From Octopus vulgaris (Eukaryota): 64,000 bases of DNA. Each line of letters opens with the position of its first letter. Position 1 is the first letter of the stretch. The notes beneath the pieces were generated by a model, which searched no databases, was not told the DNA's origin, and saw only the letters and a program-made list of their open reading frames with translations. The translations under genes and the position numbers were made by a program. The stretch is taken from NCBI GenBank assembly GCA_951406725.2, contig OX597826.1:10850001-10914000 (forward strand), in the 5' to 3' direction. Shown in pieces: positions 23,418 to 36,966 of the stretch.

Positions 23418-25535
23418 ATACCTAGCTGAAGATAGACCTCTGCACTTGGCTTTTGTTGACATGGAGAAAGCCTTTGACAGGGTCCCATGATCCCTTATCT
23501 GGTGGTCAATGTAGAAACTAGGGATTGATGAGTGGTTGGTGAGAGCTGTACAAGCCATGTATAGGGATGCTGTCAGTAAGGTGAGGGTTGGCAACGAGTA
23601 TAGAGAAGAATTCAGGATATAAGTAGGGGTTCACAACAAATTAGTCCTCGACCCCCTCTTATTCATCACAGTCCTCCAGGCAATAACAGAGGAATTCAAG
23701 ACAGGCTGCCCCTGGGAGTTCCTCTATGCTGATGACCTTGTTCTTATAGCTGAATCACTACCAGAACTAGAGAAGAAGTTTCAGATGTGGAAGCAAGATC
23801 TAGAATTGAAGGGTCTTAGAGTTAACCTAGCAAAAACTAATAAATTAGTAAGTAGGAAGGTAGCCAAATCACAAATCCCTTCAGGTAGATGGCCCTAGAA
23901 ACTTCATAAGATGTACCCAGTGTAAGATATGGACAAATAAGATGTACAGCAATTTCAGAGGAAGGTTAACAGGGAAGATAGTTCTTGTGTGTGGAAGGTG
24001 CACAGGTACAATAAACACTGAAAATGTACAGAAAATAGATTCCATCACATGCCAGGGGGAAAACCAGAAGCAGTCAATAGCTTCTGTTACCTAAGTGACC
24101 AAGTCAGCAGCAGGGTAGATGCTGCGAGAGTATAGCTGCTAGATCAAGAATAGGCTGGACAAAATTCAGAGAGCTCCTATCTCTGCTGGTAACAAAGGGC
24201 CTCTCGCACAGAGTGAAAAAGCAGATTGTATGACGCCTGTGTGTGAACAGCCATGCTACATGGCAGGGAAACATGGGCTGTAACTGCTTAGGACAGGTGT
24301 AGGCCTGTAAGAAATGAAGCTAGTATGCTTTGCGAGATGTGTAATGTCAGTGTGCACGCATGACAGAGTGTAAGCATCCTGACAGAAAAGTTGGATATAA
24401 GAAGCATTAGATGTAGTGCACAAGAGAGACAACTGAGCTGGTATGGTTATGTTATTCATGTGGATGAGGACAGCTGTGTGAAGTGTTGCACTTTAATGGT
24501 GAAGGGAACCTGTAGAAGAGGTAGACCCAGGAAGACATGGGATGAGATGGTGAAGCATGATCTTCGAATGTTGGGCTTCACAGAGACAATGACAAGTGAT
24601 GGAGACCTTTGGAGATATGCCGTGCTTGAGAAGACCCATCAAACAAGGTGAGATCATAGTCGTGGCCAATGCCAGGGTTGTGTAACTGGCCAATGAAAAA
24701 CATCCTTCAATCATTGGGCGATATGCTGTGCTTGGGATGACCAGTTGAACTGAGTGAAACTGGAGTTTTTTTCTTTTTTGTTTGTTCCTTCTCGAGCCAT
24801 ACCTGGCTCATAACGGATGGTTTCCTGGTTTCATTGGCGTATAGGTTCCCCACCGGGACGGAACGCTGGTCCGTCGCAGATGAGCTGCAAGATGCAGGAG
24901 GAAAGAGTGAGAGAAAGTTGTGGTGAAAAAGTCAGCAGAAGTTCACCATTACCTTCTGCTGGAGCCACATGGAGCTTAGGTGTTTCGCTCATAAACACAC
25001 ACATCGCCCAGTCTGAGATTCGAACCCGTGATCCCTCGGCCACGAGTCCGCTGCTCTAACCACTAGGCCATGTGCCTCCACCAAACCGTAGTTGTGGCTG
25101 ATGCCAGAGCCATCTGATTGGCACCTGTGCTGGTGACATGTAAAAAGCACTGTTCAACCATTGGGTCTCATGGAAGCAGTGATGTCACTAAAAACACCCT
25201 TCAATCATTGGGCGATATTCTGTGCTTGTGAAGACCTGTTGAGCCAAGTGGAATCATAGTTATGGCCGACGCCAGTGCCATCTGACTGGCGCCCATGCAC
25301 TTAAAAAGCACCGTTCGAGCACTGGACCTCATGGAGGCAGTGACAGGTGATCAACACCTTTGTGCTTGAGTAGACCTGTCAAGTCAAGTGAGACCATAGT
25401 CATGGCTGATACCCGTGTCAGATCAATGGCACCCATGCTGGTGACATGTAAAAAAACACCCACTACACTCTTGGAGTGGTTGGCATAAGGAAGGGCATCA
25501 AACCGTAGAAGTCTTGCCAAATCAGATCGGAATCT
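23418..25535 (+). mobile_element. Decayed RTE LINE 3' half with repetitive 3' UTR (SINE inserted at about 24785-25081)
   Basis: AFVDMEKAFDRVP, GCPWEFLYADDLVLI, Cys-rich segment, RRGRPRKTW, stop at 24651; UTR ends in the GAGTGGTTGGC..AGGAAGGGCATC block. Confidence 0.9.
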
Positions 25536-25713
25536 GTAACTTAGCATTTTAGTAAAAGAGAACAATAAAACAAGTGACAGGTTTAGAAAAACATAAATAC
25601 TGGGGTTGATTTATCTGACTAAAAATTCTTCAAGGAAAGTGCCCCAGCATGGCCTCAGTCTAATGACTGAAACAAGTAAATGACAAAGAAAGATGACAAC
25701 AGCATATAAATAC

Positions 25714-25883
25714 CTGATAATTCGATCTGAAGAACAATGAAAAAAATTCAAATTATTTAAATGTTCTTCAGATACTTTCATTAACTTCTGCAAATTGGAA
25801 AGGTTCCCTCCACGACACTCCGCATGGTAATCGAAGACAATGTGTGGTACATCGTCTTTGTGAGTTGAATTTTTATGATGATT
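25714..25883 (-). CDS. SYNJ1: Synaptojanin exon F, 170 nt, Sac1
   Basis: gcag|AAT...ATC AG|gtattt; NHHKNSTHKDDVPHIVFDYHAECRGG...FFHCSSDRII; phase 0 to 2. Confidence 0.93.
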
Positions 25884-26773
25884 CTGCAACAGAGCACAAA
25901 ATACCATTATAATCTCATTTAGCAGCTAACAAGAGAAGCTTTACATGCTGATTCAACTTACTAAAAATGGTAACCATATCTCTCTCAAATCTTCTGACTT
26001 AAATATCAGAAAAAAAAAATTGTTGGACAACATTGTCATAGATACACACAAAATGATGATCTCATTTGATAGCCATTTTGTTACATAAATCTGTCTGATC
26101 AAATATTTATATCTAGGATGTTGTGTTATGCCCATTTTGTTGAAAGATGTTTCCACTACAACAAACGTTCAACCATCAGTAGCTGTGAGGTCCAGACTGC
26201 TGTCCATCTTCTCCTTCCTGGTGAGTTGGCCAAACATGCCGTCTCCTCATGAGAATTTACTTTCTTTGCATGGTGTTATTATTCAGTGAAATAATTCTTC
26301 ACATGGGCATGAAGCCTAAATCCTTGGGAAGGAGAGAGTTGAGAGAGAGAGAGAGAGAGAATGAGAGGCAATGGGGGAATTGAAGGTCGACTGTCCCATG
26401 CTTGTATGGCTCAGATAGAATTTGTTGATGCAAGTTTGCTACATCCAGATACCCTTCTTGTCACCAACCCTCACATGTTTTTAACAAGGCACATAGGGCC
26501 TCACAGAGTGGATTTGGTAGATGGAAACTGAAAGAAGCCTGTCATATATATGTATGTGTGTGTATGTACATGTTTATGTGTCTGTGTTTGTCCCCCCAAC
26601 ATCGCTTGACAACCGATGCTGGTGTGTTTATGTCCCCATAACTTAGCAGTTCAGCAAAAGAGACCAATAGAATAAGTACTAGGCTTACAAAGAATAAGTG
26701 ATGGGGTCGATTTGCTCAACTAAAGGCAGTGCTCCAGCATGGCCACAGTCAAATGACTGAAACAAGTAAAAGA

Positions 26774-26808
<35 letters not shown>

Positions 26809-27988
26809 CCCATGTCTAGGCATCACATGATGGTTGTAAAGGAGCATTATCATCATACAAAATAAAGTTGTTGTTTCCAGTCTTCTGTGAAAAGCATGTC
26901 TAGGTGAGGAGTGGTGACACAAAGAAACGGTATCCAACCATGGAAAAATTTGATTCAACAAATTCCATCTGGCTATGCAAGCATGGAAAAATGAACACTG
27001 ACTGATGATGATGATGATGATTCAATTAAGTTTACTGTACAGACTTTTCTTGCAAGTTAGCATGACCTTTACTTGAATATTTGACAAAAAAAATTTTCAG
27101 TGGTAATAGACTAGTATTGTATATAATATTTACAGCGGGTCCTTGGATCTTAGAGTGACCCGCTGTTCTTGAGGAGACCTGTTGAGTCAAGTACATCAAC
27201 ATCAAAATAAAAATTCAAATGGAAATTGTAGTTAAGACACCCATGCTGGTGACACGTAAAAAGCACAGTCCGAACGTGGCAGACGCCAGCGCCACCAGAC
27301 TGGCGTCCGTGTTGGTGACACGTAAAAACACCAACTGATCTTGGTCGTTTGCCAGCCTCCCCTGGTACCTGTGCTGGTGGCACGTAAAAAGCACCCACTA
27401 CACTCACGGAGTGGTTGGCGTTAGGAAGGGCATCCAACTGTAGAAACTCTGCCAGATCAGACTAGAGCTGGTACAGCCTCCATGGCTTACCAGACCCCGG
27501 TCAAACCGTCCAACCCATGCTAGCATGGAAAACGGATGTTAAATGATGATGATGATGAGGAGGAGGAGGAGGATTCATCTAACACAACTAGAACCAACTT
27601 GATCAGCCCTTCTCATTGAGCGCTTCCCATACAGTAGTTTTATGCTTGCAAATGAGCATCTATTGAGGTGAAATGACAGATAAGATTAAGTAAAGGACAA
27701 TAGTTCATAGGCCTTGTTTGTATTCTACTGCAGATGTTTTGTAGTTTTTGAGAGCAGATTTGTTTATTATACTGCTTCACCATGGCCATGCACTAAATTT
27801 TATCACTTTCAGTTTTTGGTCTGCCTGAAACTCCAGAATAGGGCTTGTGAAAAAAACCCAAAAAACTTTTGTTGATTGACGAAGTAACTGTAGTTATAAG
27901 AATTTGAGAGAATTCAAGTAAATTATCATTTTTTAAAGTGGAACTTGAAGTAGATAAAGCTATAAAAAAGAGTGTAAGAAATAAAATA

Positions 27989-28554
27989 TTGGGTTGTCCG
28001 GAAAGTTCTCGCCGATTAATAGTAGCTTACCTTTTGAGTTATTTTAGAACATGGTTGAGTCCATAAAATAGGATTTGACTACACCTCCATTTAGAGTACA
28101 GTTTAAACTATCTTTTCGTGGAAGAAGGTTTACATTCCTATAACCTGTGTTAATTCGCTAACCCTTTAAAATGGAAGATAAGAAAGTTCATTTTCAGCAC
28201 TTGATGCTTTGGGAACCAGACAAAAATTGCTGCAGCTCAGCTGGGATGTGTTACCCCACCCTCCATATTCACCAGATATTGCTCCTTCGGATTTCGACTT
28301 ATTCGGGTCTCTACAGAATAGTCTTAATGGTAAAAATTTCAATTCCTTGGATGACATAAAAAGATACCTTGATGAATTCTTTGCCATGAAACCACCTCAA
28401 TTCAGGGAAGAGGGTATTTTCAAGTTAAAGGAAAGATGGAGACGCATTGTGAAACAAAATGGTTCATATTTGGTTAATTAAAAATGTAATGGCAAGTATT
28501 TATTGACCTTTGTCTTTCCTTTAAAAATCGGCACAAACTTTCCAGACAAGCCAA
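27989..28554 (+). mobile_element. Internally deleted mariner element
   Basis: TA TSD; TIR TTGGGTTGTCCGGAAAGTT..GCCGATT; transposase N-terminus MEDKKVHF fused to C-terminus HPPYSPDIAPSDF...LKERW..IV..NGSY. Confidence 0.93.
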
Positions 28555-28865
28555 TAGTATGTAGAATATTGGACTAAAAAACCCCTTGGATGAAAAACAG
28601 TCAAAGGTTGTCTTTTAAATTTTTCCATCCAAGGGGACTTTTTAACCCAATATTCTACACTCTTATTTATAATTTTATCTACTTTGAATTCTACCATAAA
28701 AAATATGTATGACTACAGTTGTTTGAATATATCTGTAAACATTATGTCTCCTATATTTATCCCTTTAGCATTCAGATTACTCTGTTAAATGTAATGCTTA
28801 TGTATTCACATTGTTTTGAATTAATCATTCATTATCTTGTAGCTCTGAGATTTCAATGACGTGAT

Positions 28866-29300
28866 TGTTTACATTATTTACTTTCGACGGATATTTGTCC
28901 TCATCTTGTTTGTTGTTAACACAACTTTTTGGCTGATATACCCTCCAACCTTCATCAGGTGTCTTGGGGAAATTTCGAACCTGGGTTCTCATTCCTAAGG
29001 TATTTTTCGATAATAATAATATTTATTATTATTATTCAGGTCACTGCCTGGAATTGAACTCAGAATCTTGGGGTTAGTAGCTCATGCTCTTAACCACTAC
29101 GCCATATGCCCGTGGACATAATAATAATATTGGAAAATACCTTAGGAATGAGAATTCACGTTCGAAATTTCCCCAAGACACCTGATGAAGGCTGGAGGGT
29201 ATATCAGCCGAAACGTTGCTTGAACAACAAAGAAGATGAGGACAAATATCCGTCAAATGTAAACAGTGTACATAATTCCTCATCTCTTAAATATAGAACT
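28866..29300. mobile_element. Inverted-arm element with tRNA-like centre and hammerhead motifs (Penelope-like non-autonomous)
   Basis: Arms at about 28866-29020 and 29118-29272; centre 29037-29115 has A box TGGCGTAGTGG and B box GAGTTCAATTCC on the minus strand. Confidence 0.7.
29177..29222 (+). ncRNA. Minimal hammerhead motif (mutated mirror copy 28918-28963, minus strand)
   Basis: GACAC-CUGAUGA-A-GGCUG(10 nt)CAGCC-GAA-ACGU-U; the helix I partner GUGUU survives in the other arm. Confidence 0.7.
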
Positions 29301-29539
29301 GTATGTGTTTGTTTATTTTTAAATAACATTGTAAAATTACACTGTAGGCCAGATCTGGTCACTATGTAAATAACACAGGTAAAATATTTGAGGTAGATAT
29401 GGCTGGTTTAAATGCTAAAAGTTTAATTTGAAGAGTGGTTTGTTGGTTTCAGCATACCAAAAATACTAAATACAAGAACAGTACGGATAAGATATTCATC
29501 AATATTGGGTGTATAAATAATTGGTAGAAATGAATTTAC

Positions 29540-29698
29540 CTGGAATGCTTGGCTTAACATGTACTCCCCTTCTTTACTACCAAGTAGATTCACAATCACT
29601 TGTTTACCATATAATAATTTTAGCGTGTTGAGATGTCGATCAAAGGCAGGAGCGCAAGCTTCATACCCTCGAGAAAGGCGGATTTTGTGTGAGCCAAC
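29540..29698 (-). CDS. SYNJ1: Synaptojanin exon E, 159 nt, Sac1
   Basis: tgtag|GTT...CAG|gtaaat; [53 protein letters not shown]. Confidence 0.96.
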
Positions 29699-30897
29699 CT
29701 ACAATGGAAAGCCAATTAAATTAACAACAGTGTTGGAGATGAGAATTACTATGAGAAAAAATAATGAAGGAAAGTTTATTTATAAGGAAAGGTATAGTTG
29801 TATAGATAGAAAATAATAACACTAATAAGAGGAATTGTTTATAACATATATATTATTCTTTAGTTAAATATATTCAATGAGAATATTATATACTGAATTT
29901 ATATTGAGTGCTCTACTGTATCAAAGTATTAATACTATTAACCCTTTCGTTACCAACCCGGCTGAAACTGGCTCTGGCTCTGTAGAACAAATGTCTTGTT
30001 TCTATAAGTTTTAAATTAAAATCTTCCACCAAACCTTAGTCACAATTTATGTTCCTAACACTGGCTGAATGATAACTAAGTTATTTTACTAAATTCTTTG
30101 TTATATTCAAAATAATTGATTGAAACACAGAGCATCTCAGCAGAAATATGGTAACAAAAGGGTTAAATATATAATAGAGAAACAATTCTTAACCCTTTCG
30201 TTACCAACCTGGCTGAAACCGGCTCTGGTTCTGTAGAACAAATGTCTTGTTTCTATAAGTTTTGAATTAAAATCTTCCACCAAACCTTAGTCACAATTTA
30301 TGTTCCTATCACTGGCTGAATGATAACTAAGTTATTTTACTAAATTCTTCGTTATATTTAAAGTAATTGAAAGAAACACAGAGCATCTCAAAATAAATAC
30401 AGTAACGAAAGGGTTAAAGTATTTATATATTTAATACAAGCGATTATATACATATATAGTTTTTAATAATATATTAACTGTCATATACATTATATATTTA
30501 TACTTATACATATTTACATATATTTTTATACATATTTATATTTATTTATTTATATATTTTTAATACAACAATTATTTTTCATACGTGTATATCTTTCTGA
30601 GGACTTCCGATATTGATTTCCTAATATTAATAATAATATATTATTAAAAAATATATATGTATATATATTATTCTTAAACAAGAATATTGTTAAGTGTCTT
30701 CAACCAGTTAATATTTTATTGTGGACCTCACCTGAGATTTCTACAGTACCAGTAATTGTTGGAGGTTAAAGTATGTATTGACCGTGAAGAGAAGGACCTG
30801 TTGATGGGATGCTAGAAACAATTTATACAGCTAACCACTCAACTACAATGGTTAATTAGAATTAAGAAAAAAATACAAGGAACCACCAAATACTAAC

Positions 30898-30981
30898 CTG
30901 AATACCAGGCTGTTCCCAAAATAATGGCACAGATCCTCTTACTTGTATGAATGAAGAAATTTGGTCTTCCAGGAAAATAAC
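30898..30981 (-). CDS. SYNJ1: Synaptojanin exon D, 84 nt, Sac1
   Basis: attag|GTT...CAG|gttagt; [28 protein letters not shown] (Sac1 RGSVPLFW motif). Confidence 0.96.
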
Positions 30982-31876
30982 CTAATTAGAAAAATAACAC
31001 AAAAACAAAAAACAAGCAATTAATATCCCAGTTGATAATTATCGAAGTTGTATAAAACACTCGATTTATTTTTATTTTTACGATCTTTTAAATCTTGCTG
31101 AATTTATTTATTCTGTTTCACTCTTTTACTTGTTTCAGTCATTTGACTGCGACCATGCTGGAGCACCGCCTTTATAGTCGAGCAAATCGACCCCAGAGCT
31201 TATTCTTTGTAAACCTAGTACTTATTTTATTGGTCTCTTTTGCTGAACCGCTAAGGTACATGGATGTAAACACACCAGCATTGGTTGTCAAGCGATGTTG
31301 GGGGGACAAACACAGACACACAAACACACACATACAGCAGGCTTCTTTCAGTTTCCGTCTGCCAAATCCACTCACAAGGCTTTGGTCGACCCGAGGCTAT
31401 AGTAGAAGACACTTGCCCAAGGTGCCATGCAGTGGGACTGAACCCGGGACCATGTGGTTGGTAAGCAAGCTACTTACCACACAGCCACTCCTGCGCCTAT
31501 TGTTCACTGATGTTGATGGTGATGATGATATTTAATTCCTTTTATTCTGTTTAGTATCAAAATGAGTTATGTCACATTTAAGGTTTGAACGCTGGTATGG
31601 CAAAGAGAGATACTCGAATACATGGACATTAAGGATCTGTTTTGGAAAATTCAGTTCAATAAAGTTCTGAAAATAAGGTAAGCTGAAGTATAATTACAAT
31701 ATGGGGGAAGAAATAAGAAGTATGTTAGCAGGTTGCAAAAAAGATGTGGAGGAAATGAGAGAGAGAGAGATTGATAGTGTGTGTGTGTGTGTGTGTGTGT
31801 AAGTGGAAAAAAAATCACAAGCAGAGAGGAATTAAGATCCAAAGAGGTCCTAAGCACTTAAAAAATTTTGGTAGCT

Positions 31877-31922
<46 letters not shown>

Positions 31923-34900
31923 ACTTGTTTCAGTCATTTGACTGCGGCCATGCTGGAGCACCGCCTTTAGTCGAGCAAATCGACCCCGGGACTTATTGTT
32001 TGTAAGCCCAGTACTTATTCTATCGGTCTCTTTTGCCGAACCGCTAAGTGACGGGACTATAGCAGAAGACACTTGCCCAAGATGCCACACAGTGAGACTG
32101 AACCTGGAACCATGTGGTTGGTTAGCAAGCTACTTACCACACAGCCACTCCTGCGCCTATATATGTAATTCAAAATATAAACAATAATAAACCACAAAAA
32201 AGAATTTTATTTTTTAGAATGAAATAAAACCAGCAGTAAAACAGAAAATAATGCTCTGCTTATTTTTGTATACATCCTCCACAATAAAAAGTTGGATAAA
32301 GAATTTATCGAATAATTTTTTATCTAATGCAGACAACCCAGTAGTTTCCTTGAACTCCAGGATTTCTTCTTCACTGTTTACTATAATTCACAAACCATAA
32401 CTTCCTGCTAGCCTAACCTTAAAATTCACTAAAGAATTATGTCACAATACGATAAGACTCCTACTTCCTTTTCTTCTTGTCAGCCATTATCTATCTTCAT
32501 ACGACATCTCTTTCTTCTTTCTTAAAACTCATAAGGCGTATTAACATCAAATCATTTCATTGTTGAGTTCTCCTCAGTGTCATGTCTCATAGCTTCTGCT
32601 TCACATTGAGTGACCATTGCCCCTAAATTTACTGGCCTTGTGTGAAAGTTTCAAACTATTATTTCAGAGATGCATTTATCTGAGACCCTTCTGTCAAAAC
32701 TAAAACAATTACAGCATGGAAGACATATACATATTAGCCATTCAAAAACACATAAAAACTTAACTTCATTTAAACATTTATTATTTGGTCTCAAAATTGT
32801 CATGGCACTAATTGCTACCTGGTCACAGAGTTCCCCTGCATCTTATTTGTCCAACACAAAATGTAAATCATATCGACACCCTCTTCATTTAATTTGCTCC
32901 AAATACAATAAACCTGACCATGCCATCACATCATCATCATCATTATCATCATCATCATCAGTTCGACTGGGGTTTGGGAAGCCAGGAGGCTGCACCAGGC
33001 TCAGTCTTGATTTGGCAGAGTTTCTACAGCTGGATGCCCTTCCTAACACCAACCACTCCGTGAGTGTAGTGGGTGCTTTTTACGTGCCAGGCGAGGCTGG
33101 CAACGGCCACGATCGGTTAGTGCTTTTTACGTGCCACTGGCATGGAGGCCAGTCGAGGCGACGCTGGCAACGGCCACGTTCGTATGGTTCTTGAACGTGC
33201 CACCGGCACTGGTATCACAACTGCAATTTCCGTTGATTTTTGATCGATTTCGATTTCACATTCTTTTTTATATCCATTTTTCCTTTTATCATCGCTTGAG
33301 GAAGAGGAAGAGCAGCATTTATGACCCCTTGACCATTTTCAGGGCTTTTGAGACTGGTCACAGTTTTTCCATGGGTTAGACAAAAATTACTGATGCAGAT
33401 TTTTTACAGCTCTTCCTGTTGCTAAACTCAACTTATTTCTCAAGTGAGGTATTTTTCACTCCTTGGGTTCTCACATATTCACTGAACTACAAGACATTCA
33501 TTTACTGGAAACTGTAAACAATGTCACTGGCTTTTGCTCAGACTAATTTGATGAAGACATGCAGAATCAACACACACACACACACACAAGCTTTTATACT
33601 GCTTCTGTCTTCCGGCTCCACACAAGGCATTGCTCAGCCCTAAGGCTGTAATAGAAAATACTTCCCCCAAATGCAACCCAGCGGAACAGTGTGGCTTCAG
33701 AACTACACAGTCATGCCTGCACCATCATATATGTATATTCGCTTATTCTTTTATTTGTTTCAGTCATATGACTGTGGCCATGCTGGAGCACTGCCTTTAA
33801 TTGAAGAAATCGACCCCATGACTTATTCTTAGCAAGCCTAGTACTTATTCTATCGGTCTCTTTTGCCCAAGTTATGGGGATATAAACACACCAGCATTCA
33901 TTGTCAAACGAAGTTGGGGGACAAACACAGACACACAAACATACACACACACACACACACACACATATACAATGGGCTTCTTTCAGTTTCCATCTACCAG
34001 ATCCACTCACAAGGCTTTGGTCAGCTCGAGGCTATAGTAGAAGACACTTGCCCAATGGGCTACACAGTGGGATTGAACCCAGAACCATGTGGTTGGTAAG
34101 TAAGCTACTTACCATACAACCATTTCTGTATATATATTATCATCGTTATCATCATTTAACGTCCATTTTCTGTGCTGACATGGGCTGGATAGTTTGATAG
34201 GGGTTGGCCATCTGGAGAGCTGCCCAGGCACCATTGTCTGTTTTGGCATGGTCTCTGGCTGAATTCTCCTCTGAATGCCGACCACTTTACAGAGTGGACA
34301 GGGTGCTATTTATGTAGCACTGGCAAGGGTGCTTTATAAGTGGTACCAGAAAAGGTACTTGATACATGGAACCAGCATGGGTGCTTTATGTGTGGCACCA
34401 GCATGGGTGTTGTATACATGGCACTAGCACAGGTGCGGTATACATGACAGCGGCATGGGTGCTTTTTATGTGGTGCATGCAACAAAACCTTCTTAAACTT
34501 GTAAACTTTAAATATGTATTACTTTATTACTTATTTCTTTATTGCCCACAAGGGGCTAAACACAGAAGGGACAAACAAGGACAGACAAAGGGATTAAGTC
34601 GATTACATCGACCCCAGTGGCACTTAATTTATTGACCACAAGGGGCTAAACACAGAAGGGACAAACAAGTAACTGGCACTTAATTTATTGACCCCGAAAG
34701 GATGAAAGGCAAAGTTGACCTCAGCGGAATTTGAACTCAGAACGTAGCGGCAGATGAAATACCACTAAGCATTTTGCCCAGCGTGCTAACATTTCTGCCA
34801 GCTCATGGCTTTAAATATGTATTACTCTAACCATAATTAGAATCCCAATGAAGGACAATAATGCAATATCAATGTATGGTATGATAAAAAAAAAAGGTAA

Positions 34901-35948
34901 AGACCCCTTTCATCAAGAATGACCATGGGATTGCACCTAGGAAGTTACCCTCCAATGCACAAGTCTGAGCAAATTTGTTTATGGAAGACCAGGAGTCACC
35001 CATGCATACAAGCTTCCCTTCTCTATGCCACCGATGTTATCCAAGAGAAAGGCAAAGATTGATACAGCTTGGCACCAGTGATGTTGCAACTCATTTCTAC
35101 AGCTGAGTGAACTGAGGCAACTTGAAATAAAGTGTCTTGCTCAAGAACACAACAAACAGCCAGGTTTGAGATTTAAACTCACTGCCTCATCATTATGAGC
35201 CTGATACTTTAACCACTGAGCCATGTGCCTTAGTATGATACAAATAACAAAATCCCTATAAACCAAGAACCCTTTAACAGGTTCAACTGTATCAGAATTA
35301 AGGACAATTTAGAACAATTAAAACATAAGACATAAAAGATTCACAGACAACAAGCATATGAAACCTTACACTTCTTTCATTAGCTGCCCAATGGTTATTA
35401 TAATGGTTTGGGTAGCAGTGTACATAAGAAGTAACCTGGTAGATAAAGATTCAAATATTTAAACATATTCTTACATACAAATATTTACATAGATACACAT
35501 CTATGCATAAAATTCATATACAGACACAGACACAAGTTGCTACGATACAACAAGTTTCTGTCTCTTTTGCCAGACATAATAAATAAGCGAGAATGTACAG
35601 ATGTACATATCTTAGCTAGAAATTTCTGAACAGGTTGAGAATCAATCAATCGATCAATCAATATTTTATCTTTGAAAGCCATTAGAGGCCACACAAATAG
35701 TAAAACGCTGGTCTTAATGCTTTATTCTAACTAGTTTTGCTTGATTCTGCCTTTCATCAACGTAAATATCAAAAGAGTAACCTTTTGACATGAGCAAATG
35801 AAGGATACTCTATGTGGTCACTCAACTTAATAGAAATAACACAAATCTCCTTCAAATTACACTTTGCCATCTCAATAAAGAAGGTTACCACTGTTGTCAT
35901 GGTGGAATGCCTTTGTTCATGTTTGCTTAATCAGGATTGATCTATGGC

Positions 35949-36001
<53 letters not shown>

Positions 36002-36002
36002 C

Positions 36003-36302
36003 ACCCTGCCGACCAGGCTATCAGATGTTGCTACACATCGCTGGTCACAATGTGCTTCGCATTGTTTTAGCCTCCAAATGACACCACCCCGCTGGCTAAG
36101 CGAGCAGGTCAACAGAAGAAAGAGTGAGAGAAAGTTGTGGCGAAAGAGTACAGCAGGGATCGCCACCATCCCCTCCCGGAGCTTCGTGGAGCTTTAGGTG
36201 TTTTCGCTCAATAAACACTCACAATGCCCGGTCTGGGAATCAAAACCATGATCCTACGACTGCAAGTCCGCTGCCCTAACCAATGGACCATTGTGCCTCC
36301 AC
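36003..36302 (-). mobile_element. tRNA-headed SINE, same head as 325-710, tail type 2 (plus copy about 42682-42962), inside (AAT)n
   Basis: Shared head and body, then a distinct tail ...GACCAGCGATGTGTAGCAACATCTGATAGCCTGGTCGG. Confidence 0.8.
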
Positions 36303-36309
36303 AATAATG

Positions 36310-36346
<37 letters not shown>

Positions 36347-36740
36347 TAATAATATACAAGACACTATCCAATAATACAACTTAAACGAAACAATCCACAA
36401 ACACAAGACACACCCTATACAGCAAATGCTGGTATGTTTACGGGTACGTAAACACACCAGCATCAGTTGTCAAGCGATGTTGTGGGGACAAACACATACA
36501 CATATTCTTTCAGTTTCCGTCTACCAAATCCACTCACAAGGCTTTGGTTGGCCCGAGGCTATAGTAGAAGACACTTGCCCAAGGTACGACGCAGTGGAAA
36601 TGAACCAGGAACCATGTGGTTGTTAAGCAAGCTACTTACCACACAGCCACTGCTACACCTTTTAGAGAAAAAATAAAACAAAACAAAACACACACACACA
36701 CAGAAAAAAAATTCAATATGAAAAGACTATCAAACTCTAC

Positions 36741-36966
36741 CTGTTCTGTTTCCACAAAATTAGCGACGTGGCCGTCGTCGTTGGTCCCTCTGACATTAAA
36801 TCTTGTACCTGCTCGTTCACAGCTTAGACGTGAAATGAGGCAGGCTTTAGCCTGTTTGTCCCCAGCATAGATAGTCCGGATTTCTACACCACCAGATATA
36901 ATTTTTAGCAGCCATTCCGTGCAGTTTACACCGAATCGATCCAAATGTACATGGAGTCTTTTATTC
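36741..36966 (-). CDS. SYNJ1: Synaptojanin exon C, 226 nt, Sac1
   Basis: gcag|G AAT...GAA CAG|gtagag; [15 protein letters not shown]...[33 protein letters not shown]; phase 2 to 0. Confidence 0.97.

Noticed and set aside
29037-29115. tRNA gene
   Set aside because: A and B boxes are present but I could not build a convincing acceptor stem and cloverleaf; treated as a SINE head, like the other tRNA-like heads
30732-30811. Cryptic exon with a strong CAG|GTGAGG donor (80 nt, or a 9-nt microexon)
   Set aside because: The 80-nt form shifts the frame, the 9-nt form has a weak acceptor, and neither has homology support
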